Shown here: positions 26,151 through 34,553 of the stretch, in pieces
Position numbering within the stretch: the first letter of the stretch is position 1
Layout: each line of letters begins with the position of its first letter
Origin: Candidatus Omnitrophota bacterium
GTDB lineage: Bacteria; Omnitrophota; Gorgyraeia; Duberdicusellales; 4484-171
Direction of reading: 5' to 3'
NCBI GenBank assembly: GCA_043820815.1
Contig: JBDRDJ010000011.1
Location: forward strand, 4,808-68,807
DNA length: 64,000 nt
The notes under the pieces: generated by a model
What the model was told of the DNA's origin: nothing
Seen by the model: only the letters and a program-made list of their open reading frames with translations
The model's database searches: none
Position numbers and translations under genes: made by a program

Positions 26151-26543
26151 GTGCCTTCGTTAAAACACAAAATAAAAGTGAGAAATGGAGAAAAGAGAAA
26201 ATCCCAGCGTTTGAATATTCCCCTGAACATAAAATTTAAAGGAATGTGGGGCGAAAAATCTTTGCAGGAGATTACAACAAAGGATGTAAGCGGCGGAGGC
26301 ATGAGAATAACGTCTGAGAGGCTATTAGATAAAGGCAGCAAGATTAAGGCTCAGCTTAATTTTCCGCACCAGCCTAAACCGGTTCACCTGATAAGCGAAG
26401 TTGTCTGGTGTAAAAAGAAAAAAATGCGTAAGAAGATTTATTATGAAGCGGGAATAAAACATATTAGGGTTGCACCTTGTGACAGGCAGAGGTTTGTATT
26501 TCTTTTCTGTGAAACAATGCTCAATTACTTAATTCTGCAATAA
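26151..26543 (+). CDS. PilZ domain protein
   Basis: GTG start 6 nt after AAGGAGG. KRKSQR and DVSGGG motifs. 130 aa. Confidence 0.8.
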   Translation: MPSLKHKIKVRNGEKRKSQRLNIPLNIKFKGMWGEKSLQEITTKDVSGGGMRITSERLLDKGSKIKAQLNFPHQPKPVHLISEVVWCKKKKMRKKIYYEAGIKHIRVAPCDRQRFVFLFCETMLNYLILQ

Positions 26544-26556
26544 TTAATTTATCACA

Positions 26557-27330
26557 ATGCCTGAAGAAACAAATAAACAAATAGTTTATCATATAGCAAG
26601 AAATAAAGATGAGCTCGAGCAGTCTTTTTCTCTTGTTTATAAAGAATACGCCTCCAGAGGCTATATTCCTAAATACTATAAAAGCAAGCTTAAGCTTTCT
26701 ATTTTTAATGCCCTCCCTGATACTGCCACGTTTGTGGCAAAGCAGGGCAATAAAGTTGTTGCAACCGTAACTTTGATTCCTGATTCAGGCCTTGGAATAC
26801 CCATGGATAAGATTTTTAAGAAAGAAGTTGACGGCCTGAGGAAGAAGCACAGAAAAGTATCCGAGGTTTCTCAGCTTTCAATCGATGCTAAATTATTCCC
26901 TAAAGGGTGGTTTTCCATGTTTAATTTTAATAAATTGATGTTTGTTTTTAAATTATTTAAACTTGTCTTTGATTATGCCTCTAATGTTTCTAAAATAGAT
27001 GAACTATGTATCGCGGTTAACCCTAAACACCAGTACTTATATAAGTTTCTCTACTTTGAGCCCATGGGAAAACTTAAATACTACGGGTCAGTAAATAAAG
27101 CTCCCGCTTTGGCTTTTCATTTAACCCTTGATAAAAAGCTAAGAGAAAAAGGAAAAAGCAGGAAAGCTCTGTATAATTTATTCTTTGCGAAGAAGTCCGA
27201 CCTGACCGTATTTAAAAATAAATACACTCTAAGCAAATCCGGCCTTAAATATTTTTTTGAGGAGAAGTCAGATATCTTCAAAAAAGCCACCAAAAAGCAA
27301 CTTTCCTACATCCACAATTGCTATAAGTAA
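26557..27330 (+). CDS. GNAT-fold N-acyl amino acid synthase-like acyltransferase (FeeM/OlsB/GlsB-type)
   Basis: The pattern IARNKDELEQSFSLVYKEYASRGYI...FVAKQGNKVVATVTLIPDSGLGIPMDKIF...KVSEVSQLSID resembles the Acetyltransf_5/FeeM family. The call is from memory only. Confidence 0.45.
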   Translation: MPEETNKQIVYHIARNKDELEQSFSLVYKEYASRGYIPKYYKSKLKLSIFNALPDTATFVAKQGNKVVATVTLIPDSGLGIPMDKIFKKEVDGLRKKHRKVSEVSQLSIDAKLFPKGWFSMFNFNKLMFVFKLFKLVFDYASNVSKIDELCIAVNPKHQYLYKFLYFEPMGKLKYYGSVNKAPALAFHLTLDKKLREKGKSRKALYNLFFAKKSDLTVFKNKYTLSKSGLKYFFEEKSDIFKKATKKQLSYIHNCYK

Positions 27331-27339
27331 ATATTGTAG

Positions 27340-27360
27340 GGGCAGGGCTTGCCCCTGCCC
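27340..27360. repeat. GC-rich hairpin of the GTAGGGGC...GCCCGTA family (terminator-like)
   Basis: GGGCAGGG (27340-27347) pairs with CCCTGCCC (27353-27360). It begins 10 nt after the stop codon. A near-identical 28-mer occurs at 53600-53628. Confidence 0.6.
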
Positions 27361-27430
27361 GTAATCATTTCATAATTTTTTTATTCACAATTTAATTGAA
27401 TATCCCTATATATTTAGGTAAGATATCTAT

Positions 27431-29749
27431 GTGGATAAGTTTATAAATAAATTAATAAACTTTGTTTCTAAGTATTCTCTTTCCATAATTGTTATTACCT
27501 GCCTTTTTGCCTCTCTGGCACTGATATTTATCCCAAGAATTAAGCTCGACCACAGCATGGATGCTTTTTTCTACAAAAAAGGCGAAGATTACATAAGCTA
27601 TCAGATCTGGAAGAATGAGTTCGGTAACGACCGCTTTATTGTCTTAGGTTTCTCTGATCGCGGCATATTCACCGAAGAAAATCTAAACTTGATTTCCCGT
27701 TTAAGCCAGAGGCTGGAATCTTTAGAATATGTTAACAGCGTAACCAGCTTAACAACCGTTAACGACATAATCGGGACAGAGGGTGATTTTATTGTCAGGC
27801 CTTTAATCGAGGAAATACCTAAGGGTGCCAAAGAGCTGAGTTTGCTTAAAGAGCAGGCGCTTAAAAACCCCCTTTATTTGGGCGATATAATTTCAAAAGA
27901 CGCAAAAACCGCGGGCATTATCATAGAATTAGAGGATTTTAGGAAAGTTGACCAGTATAAAAGCACAGAAGCGGTAAAACAAATTCAGAGAATTCTAAAA
28001 GAAGAGTTTGCTTACACCAGGAATTATTATTTAAGCGGCCCAAAGGTTATAGAATTTTTCTACACCAGCTACATGAGAGGGGATTTAAAGTTATTCTTGC
28101 CTCTATCCTTAGCGTTAATAGTAGCGATACTTTCCTTCAGCTTAAGAAGCTTAAAGGGCTCGTTATTTTCCTCGTTTTCAATACTTATAAGCCTCTTAGG
28201 CACTTTGTTTTTCTTCTACATATCAGGTTATGCTTTTAACAATGTAACAATCGTAATTCCACCCATAATACTTGCGATTGTTGTAGCGGACAGCATTCAT
28301 TTTGTAGGAGAAGGCCTGCATATAAAAAGGTCCTGCTTGTGTGATCAAGGCGGCCCGGCTCTAAGTGAATCAATGAGGCGCCTTTTTATTCCCTGCCTTT
28401 TAACAAGCCTGACTACTTGCGCGGGCTTTCTTTCTCTTATGGTAAGTAAGGTTTCCCCCATTAAAGAGCTTGGCCTGGTTGTGGGAATCGGGGTATTTTT
28501 TGCTTTTGTTGTTACATTCACATTTCTCGCCGCCCTTATGAAACAGTTTAACCTTTTTGCGCCTTTAAAGAGGGAAGAAATAAAAGAATTGCGCAATTCA
28601 GAAAAAACCGCTAATTCAATATCAAATTTCGATAAATTTATTTATAATCTTGGAAAATTCAGTGTAAAGAATAAGTTTATAATTTTTGGGGCAACTGTAA
28701 TTTTAATACTGCTAAGCCTTGCCGGCTTAATGATGGTAAACGTGGACACCAATGTTTTAGATCACTTTAAAAAGAAAAGTTTCATCTACCAGTCAACGAA
28801 ATTTATCGAAGATAATCTATCCGGCACAGAGTTTCTAAATATTTCTTTAAAAGCCAAAAGCCAGGATTATTTTAAAGGGCCCGAAATATTAGAAAAAATT
28901 GACAGGCTTCAGCGTTTTGTTGAACAGATACCGCAAGTTGATAAAACAACCTCAGTTGCAGATTATTTAAAAGATATCAATAAATCTTTTAACAATGAAG
29001 ATGATAATTTTTACAGAATCCCGGAATCAAAGCGCCTGGTTTCCCAGTATCTTTTGCTCTATGGGGCGCGTGACATGGATGATTATATCGATTCCAAGTG
29101 GCAGTGGGCAACAGTAAGAGCCAGGATAGCAGAGCATTCTACCTCGCGCCTTAAGGGAATAATAATTGAAATCAGAGGCTACATTAAAAGAAATTTTCCC
29201 AGCAATATCGAGGCCCAGGTTTTAGGCTGGCCTGTTCTTGAAGTGGAATCAATGGAATTAGTAGTTAAGGGGCAGCTTCAGAGTTTGGGCCTTGCCATAC
29301 TTATTATTTTTATGATGATGTTTATTGTGTTTAGGTCGTTTTCTGTAGGTTTTGTAAGTATTATTCCTAATATCTTGCCTATACTTATAAATTTCGGGGC
29401 AATGGGCATCTGCGGCATACGCCTTGATACTGCAACATCAATAATATCAGCAATAGGTATCGGAATAATAGTCGATGATACAATACATTTCCTGCATTGT
29501 TTTGGCCGGCAGGTAAAAAAAGACAACGATTACGAGAAAGCGATACATAGGACTTTTGCGCTTAAAGGCAGGCCGATAATATACACTTCAGTTATATTAT
29601 TTTTCGGTTTCGGTGTTGTAGCTTTTTCTAATTTCGTGCCCACAATCTACTTCGGGATACTTAGCGCGTCTATGATGGCAACAGCTCTTTTGGCTGATTT
29701 GATTGTTCTTCCGGCGTTATTGCTGGTTTTTAAACCGCGTTTTAAATAA
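27431..29749 (+). CDS. MMPL/RND-superfamily exporter (COG1033-like, HpnN-like)
   Basis: 772 aa with two blocks of about 6 TM segments, each preceded by a large soluble loop. The conserved D in the TM4-like VADSIHF / IVDDTIHF pair is typical of RND/SSD transporters. Confidence 0.8.
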   Translation: MDKFINKLINFVSKYSLSIIVITCLFASLALIFIPRIKLDHSMDAFFYKKGEDYISYQIWKNEFGNDRFIVLGFSDRGIFTEENLNLISRLSQRLESLEYVNSVTSLTTVNDIIGTEGDFIVRPLIEEIPKGAKELSLLKEQALKNPLYLGDIISKDAKTAGIIIELEDFRKVDQYKSTEAVKQIQRILKEEFAYTRNYYLSGPKVIEFFYTSYMRGDLKLFLPLSLALIVAILSFSLRSLKGSLFSSFSILISLLGTLFFFYISGYAFNNVTIVIPPIILAIVVADSIHFVGEGLHIKRSCLCDQGGPALSESMRRLFIPCLLTSLTTCAGFLSLMVSKVSPIKELGLVVGIGVFFAFVVTFTFLAALMKQFNLFAPLKREEIKELRNSEKTANSISNFDKFIYNLGKFSVKNKFIIFGATVILILLSLAGLMMVNVDTNVLDHFKKKSFIYQSTKFIEDNLSGTEFLNISLKAKSQDYFKGPEILEKIDRLQRFVEQIPQVDKTTSVADYLKDINKSFNNEDDNFYRIPESKRLVSQYLLLYGARDMDDYIDSKWQWATVRARIAEHSTSRLKGIIIEIRGYIKRNFPSNIEAQVLGWPVLEVESMELVVKGQLQSLGLAILIIFMMMFIVFRSFSVGFVSIIPNILPILINFGAMGICGIRLDTATSIISAIGIGIIVDDTIHFLHCFGRQVKKDNDYEKAIHRTFALKGRPIIYTSVILFFGFGVVAFSNFVPTIYFGILSASMMATALLADLIVLPALLLVFKPRFK

Positions 29750-29836
29750 GGTGATTCTTCATAAAAAGCCATTGACATATCATACAAATGTAGTATATTA
29801 TAACTAACTTATGACTATACTTGTAACAAGTTAGCT

Positions 29837-31183
29837 ATGTTTAATAGAAAAATCATTAATTATTTAGTCAATTGGAAGGATAAACCAACCAGAAAACCTT
29901 TAGTTTTGCGGGGCGCAAGGCAGGTTGGAAAAACTTCGGCAGTGCTTTTATTTGCCAAGAAATACTTCGATAATATTATAGATATAAATTTAGAAAAATC
30001 CGACCATTTAAGCCTTTTCCGTGGTGATTGTTCTATGGAAGACTTTGATAAAATCATCCAGATAAAGTTTCAACAAAGGATTGTTCCCGGAAAAACACTC
30101 ATATTTATCGATGAAATTCAGAATTCTAAAAGCCTGATAAAGCTGCTTAGATTCTTTTGTGAAGACAGGCCTGATATCCATATCATAGCGGCAGGATCTT
30201 TGCTTGAAGCTAAAATCGAAAAAAGCGGCCTGGATTTTCCGGTTGGAAGAATTGAATATGCTTATCTTTATCCTCTGGATTTTTTTGAGTATTTAGAAGC
30301 AAAGGGAGATAAAGAGCTTCTTGCTTTTTTGAGAAATGTTTCCTTTAATGAGAAGATTCCTGAGGGAATTCATACAAGCGTTTTAAAGGTTTTTTATGAA
30401 TATGCCATGATTGGCGGAATGCCTGAAGTGGTAAAAGTTTTTTTAAAGACAAACAACAGAAATGATTTGCGAAGCATTTACTCTTCGCTTTTCACTAGTT
30501 ATACCGAGGATGTTTATAGATATTCTTCATTAGCAAATTCTAAATATTTAATTCACATTATTGAGAATTCTCCTCTTTATGCAGGGCTTCCTGTTACTTA
30601 TGAGAAATTTGGCGGTTCTAATTTCAGGAGCCGCGAAATTAGCCGGGCTTTTGAAACTTTGGAAAAAACAATGATTCTTTATCAAGTTAAGGCAACAAAA
30701 TCACAAGAGCTGCCTTTATTGCCTCAAACAAAAAGGCCTAAGAAGCTTTTATTCTTAGACGTAGGCTTGGTCAATTATCAAATGGGAATCCAGGATAATT
30801 TTGTAGGCATTAAAGACTTAAATGATTTCTATCGCGGCAGAATAGCCGAGCAGATAGTCGGACAAAATATCTTAGCCCAATTTACAGATACCCCTGCCAA
30901 GATATTTTATTGGGCGAGAGAAAAACCAAACGCAAGCGCTGAAGTAGATTTCTGTTTGAATAGAGAAGGAAAGATTCTGGGGCTTGAAGTAAAGTCAGGG
31001 GCATTTAATAGGCTTCGGTCACTTTTTATTTTCGGCAGTTTAGTTAAAAATCATGCTCTTGTCAGAATATGCAGCCAAGAGATGAGGAAAGAGATGGTCA
31101 AAGCTGGCAATAAAATTTTTCCTTTAGTCTCGTTGCCGTTTTATTTGATTCCGAGAATTCTGGATGGATCCTTTCAGGAATAA
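29837..31183 (+). CDS. AAA_14-type ATPase with C-terminal DUF4143 / PD-(D/E)XK-like domain (copy 1)
   Basis: Walker A GARQVGKTS, Walker B LIFIDEIQ, C-terminal AEVDF...LEVKSG nuclease-like motif. It has its own TTGACA-16-TATATT promoter at 29772-29799. Confidence 0.8.
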   Translation: MFNRKIINYLVNWKDKPTRKPLVLRGARQVGKTSAVLLFAKKYFDNIIDINLEKSDHLSLFRGDCSMEDFDKIIQIKFQQRIVPGKTLIFIDEIQNSKSLIKLLRFFCEDRPDIHIIAAGSLLEAKIEKSGLDFPVGRIEYAYLYPLDFFEYLEAKGDKELLAFLRNVSFNEKIPEGIHTSVLKVFYEYAMIGGMPEVVKVFLKTNNRNDLRSIYSSLFTSYTEDVYRYSSLANSKYLIHIIENSPLYAGLPVTYEKFGGSNFRSREISRAFETLEKTMILYQVKATKSQELPLLPQTKRPKKLLFLDVGLVNYQMGIQDNFVGIKDLNDFYRGRIAEQIVGQNILAQFTDTPAKIFYWAREKPNASAEVDFCLNREGKILGLEVKSGAFNRLRSLFIFGSLVKNHALVRICSQEMRKEMVKAGNKIFPLVSLPFYLIPRILDGSFQE

Positions 31184-31277
31184 TATATCTTATTAACTTC
31201 TTAAAAGACTATATTTAATCCGTTAAATCCGTGGTTAAAAAAGATCAGATTTATAGAATAATTAAGGCGGAGGTATT

Positions 31278-32054
31278 ATGAAGATTCTTTTCGCTTTGTT
31301 AATAACCGGAGTTCTATTAATATCAATAAGTAGTGTCTATGCAGAAGTTAAACTCACCGGGGATGAGATTGCAAAGAGGGTGTATGAGCGTGATGACGGA
31401 GATGATTCGTTTGCCACAATGGATATGGTTTTAATTGATAAAAGCTCAAACCAAAGGAAGCGTACGCTTACCCTTTACAGCAAGGATTTCGGAAAACTCT
31501 CTAAAAACTTAATCCGGTTTACTTCTCCCGCAGATATCGAAGGCACAGGCTTTCTGTCTTTAGAAAATGAAGCCGCAGATGACACCCAGTATTTGTATTT
31601 GCCTGACCTTGGCCGTTCGCGCCGTATAGTTTCAAGCCAGAAGAATTTGCAGTTTGTAAATACCGATTTTACCTACGAGGATATGCAAAGAAGAAAACTG
31701 GATAAAGACAGCCACGAGCTTATAAAGGAAGAAAGTTTTAAAGGCTATAACTGTTATGTTGTAGAATACATCTCCAAGAATGAAAAAGATTCGCAGTATA
31801 AAAAGATTATCCAGTGGATAGAAAAGAAAAGCTTTGTCCCGGTGAGGATTGATTTCTACAACAAAAAAGATGAACTGTTTAAGAAGATGACTGTTGAGAA
31901 ATTGGAACAGATTCAGGGAGTATGGACCGCCGTTGATACTGTAATGGAGGATTTCTCTGGAAAACATAAAACTATAATTAGCATTAATGCCATAAAATAT
32001 GATCAAGGAGTAGAGGATGATATTTTTAGCGTGCCCAGCCTCGAAAATTATTAA
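31278..32054 (+). CDS. LolA-like outer-membrane lipoprotein-sorting family protein
   Basis: Signal peptide ending SVYA/EV. The block TLTLYSKDFGK...LIRFTSPADIEGTGFLSLE...QYLYLPDLGRSRRI...FVNTDFTYEDM matches the LolA_like family usually paired with COG1033 exporters. Confidence 0.7.
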   Translation: MKILFALLITGVLLISISSVYAEVKLTGDEIAKRVYERDDGDDSFATMDMVLIDKSSNQRKRTLTLYSKDFGKLSKNLIRFTSPADIEGTGFLSLENEAADDTQYLYLPDLGRSRRIVSSQKNLQFVNTDFTYEDMQRRKLDKDSHELIKEESFKGYNCYVVEYISKNEKDSQYKKIIQWIEKKSFVPVRIDFYNKKDELFKKMTVEKLEQIQGVWTAVDTVMEDFSGKHKTIISINAIKYDQGVEDDIFSVPSLENY

Positions 32055-33609
32055 ATCAGCGCTTATTTTTAATTTAAGTTTTTGCGCGCTTGTATTCTGC
32101 TCAAATCAAGAAGGCTCTTATTGCGCTGATGAAAGAAGGCGTCAAATTATTCTCTCTGCCCTAGATGGCATGGATTCCGGCATCAAACAAGAATCACAAG
32201 AACCCTATAAGGAAATATCGCGGTCTTTAAGAATCAAGGAAAGCGTTGTAGCACAGGAAAAGCAGGAAGAAAATGAAGTGCCTTTGGTAAAAGAAGAGCC
32301 TTCAAAGCCTTTTAAGTTTAAAAGCAGGGCTGAACTTTTAAATAGGTTCTACGTTGACACAACCGAAAACAACCCTTATGAATATACCCGTTCCAACCAT
32401 TCCAAGCTCTCAGTAGAGGCAAAACTTGCCTCAGACAAAAGAGATTTTGAAGTGTGCGCCTCGGCACTTGTCTGGTATGACCGGATGGTTAACTCAGAAA
32501 CCGATGAAGATGTTGGCGTTGAGTTAAATGAAGCTTATGCTGCCTTTATGCCCGGCCCATGGGATATCCGCATAGGCCGTCAAACCATAACCTGGGGAAA
32601 GCTTGATGAGGTTACTATTTTTGATATGGTTAACCCTCAAGATTTAACCGAAGGCATTCTTCTGGATAAAAACGACCGCAAGCAGGCGGTGCTCATGGCA
32701 AAAATCGGTTATTTCTGGCCCGATGTTTCCTTAGAAGGTTTTGTTATTCCCTGGTCCAGGCATAGCCGGTTTCATTATTTCCGTTCTGACTGGGGCCTTT
32801 TCAGGCATTTAAAAAAGGGTGTTCAAGAGGGCAATTATACCCAGAGTGTAAAGGATATGGTAACCGATATTAACATAGAGGATTTTGACCTAAAGCGCAC
32901 TCCCAGAAATGCCGAAGGAGGAGTGCGGCTAAGCGGCCGCACTCAAAGCCTGGATTACTCTCTTTACTATATGTATCTTAGAGACCGCTTACCGGCGTTA
33001 CAGGAAAATACTGAAACAGGAAAAACCGTTAAAGCGTTTCTTTTTAACCCCACAGCCGATACCTTGGCCGCCTTAGCTGCCGCTGGCCCCGGCTCGCTTG
33101 ATTTAAAACTTATTGCCGAGTATGCAAGAATGCATAAATTGGGCTTTGACCTTGAAACTACAATGGGCGAATTTGGCGTAAGGGCTGAGGCGGCAGCGTC
33201 ATCAGCGCCCTTATATATCATGGATGATTTTTCTTTAACTCAGAAAGATACAGTAGATGTCGGTATAGGAGTTGACCACACAACAGCCAATAATTTCTAC
33301 TGGAATTTGCAATTCGTTGAGAAGATAATTTTATCTTACCATGATTTATATAAAACCGACCAATTTGGCCATCAGCTTATCGGTATTTTCTCAAAAGATT
33401 TCTGGCGGGGAAAGTTAACCCCTTCCTTATACTGCGGCTATAATATTTCTTACGGTGACAACTTTGTAAATCCCGAAATTACCTATAAGCCTAACGGAAA
33501 CTTAAGTTTATCCTTAGGCGGTTTTATCTTTAATGGAGAAGCGGCAACAACCATGGGCCGCTTTGACACAAACGACTGCCTATACTTGGCAACTGAATAC
33601 AAATTTTAA
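32017..33609 (+). CDS. Putative outer-membrane beta-barrel protein (DUF1302-like)
   Basis: N-terminal hydrophobic signal, alternating amphipathic pattern, and a C-terminal ...LATEYKF ending in Phe, as in OMPs. It follows the MMPL and LolA-like genes. Confidence 0.5.
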   Translation: MIFLACPASKIIKSALIFNLSFCALVFCSNQEGSYCADERRRQIILSALDGMDSGIKQESQEPYKEISRSLRIKESVVAQEKQEENEVPLVKEEPSKPFKFKSRAELLNRFYVDTTENNPYEYTRSNHSKLSVEAKLASDKRDFEVCASALVWYDRMVNSETDEDVGVELNEAYAAFMPGPWDIRIGRQTITWGKLDEVTIFDMVNPQDLTEGILLDKNDRKQAVLMAKIGYFWPDVSLEGFVIPWSRHSRFHYFRSDWGLFRHLKKGVQEGNYTQSVKDMVTDINIEDFDLKRTPRNAEGGVRLSGRTQSLDYSLYYMYLRDRLPALQENTETGKTVKAFLFNPTADTLAALAAAGPGSLDLKLIAEYARMHKLGFDLETTMGEFGVRAEAAASSAPLYIMDDFSLTQKDTVDVGIGVDHTTANNFYWNLQFVEKIILSYHDLYKTDQFGHQLIGIFSKDFWRGKLTPSLYCGYNISYGDNFVNPEITYKPNGNLSLSLGGFIFNGEAATTMGRFDTNDCLYLATEYKF

Positions 33610-33708
33610 TGTTTGCGGCTAAGCCTCGAATAGGAATGATAGCACTATGAGGAAATTAAAGTTTATTATACAAACTTAACGATTTTAGTGAAAGGATGGT
33701 GAAAAAAA

Positions 33709-34101
33709 ATGGCGGAAAGAAGCAAAGATTGGTATAAGCAGGCAGAGAGGGACTTAAAGAGCGCTGGCGCACAACTGAAAGCAGAATTTTTTGAATGGGC
33801 ATGTTTTATCGCCCAACAAGCAGCAGAAAAAGCCGTAAAAGCGGTTTATCAGAAATTAGCTGCTGAAGCATGGGGGCACTCTGTTAATGATCTCTTAAAG
33901 GGCCTTAAAGAGAAATTGGATGTGCCGGACGGACTATTTCAAAGCGCAATCGGGCTGGATAAATTTTATATTCCAGCGCGTTATCCAAACGGCTGGGCGG
34001 CGGGATTTCCCGCAGAGTATATCACAAGAAAGGATGCCGAAAATGCAATCAGTGATTCAAAAAAGATCTTACGGTTCTGTAAAGATATTCTGGCTAAATA
34101 A
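33709..34101 (+). CDS. HEPN domain protein (HEPN-MNT toxin-antitoxin partner)
   Basis: PF05168-like pattern: A..DL..A......F.EWACFIAQQAAEKAVKA...GHSV..LL...FYIPARYP. Confidence 0.75.
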   Translation: MAERSKDWYKQAERDLKSAGAQLKAEFFEWACFIAQQAAEKAVKAVYQKLAAEAWGHSVNDLLKGLKEKLDVPDGLFQSAIGLDKFYIPARYPNGWAAGFPAEYITRKDAENAISDSKKILRFCKDILAK

Positions 34102-34405
34102 GAAATTTTTGTTCAAGGAAATAAGGAAAACAGCCAAAAGGCTTCTTAAAGAGAATAGCAGCGTAGAAAAGGTGGTGCTCTTCGGGTCATTGGCGCAGGA
34201 TAAAGCCACCGCTTTTAGCGACGTGGATATTATAGTGGTGGTAAACAGTTCAGATAAGAAATTTATCGACAGGCCGGATGATTTTAGAAATTATTTTCAG
34301 GACATGGGGATAGCCGTAGATCTATTCATATACACGAAAGAAGAGGCGGAGAAAACGCCATTTGCTTATACGGCTCTTTCCAGGGGGAAATGTATGGCTG
34401 GCTGA
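34034..34405 (+). CDS. Minimal nucleotidyltransferase (MNT/MntA-like)
   Basis: VVLFGSLAQD...FSDVDIIVVV (GS...DxD) motif. I prefer the ATG at 34034 (or 34043), which overlaps the HEPN gene 3' end. The track start at 33920 is an over-extension. Confidence 0.7.
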   Translation: MPKMQSVIQKRSYGSVKIFWLNKKFLFKEIRKTAKRLLKENSSVEKVVLFGSLAQDKATAFSDVDIIVVVNSSDKKFIDRPDDFRNYFQDMGIAVDLFIYTKEEAEKTPFAYTALSRGKCMAG

Positions 34406-34553
34406 GGATGCACTAAAATGCATGAGCGCATTATTTTGCATAACTTATTTTTCGCAGCCGCAAACCCTCCTGCGCCGCCGGCAAACTTGATAGGAACAAA
34501 ATACAGAAAATATACTCAGAAAAATATTGCAACCGCGGAGTATAAGTTTTAAG

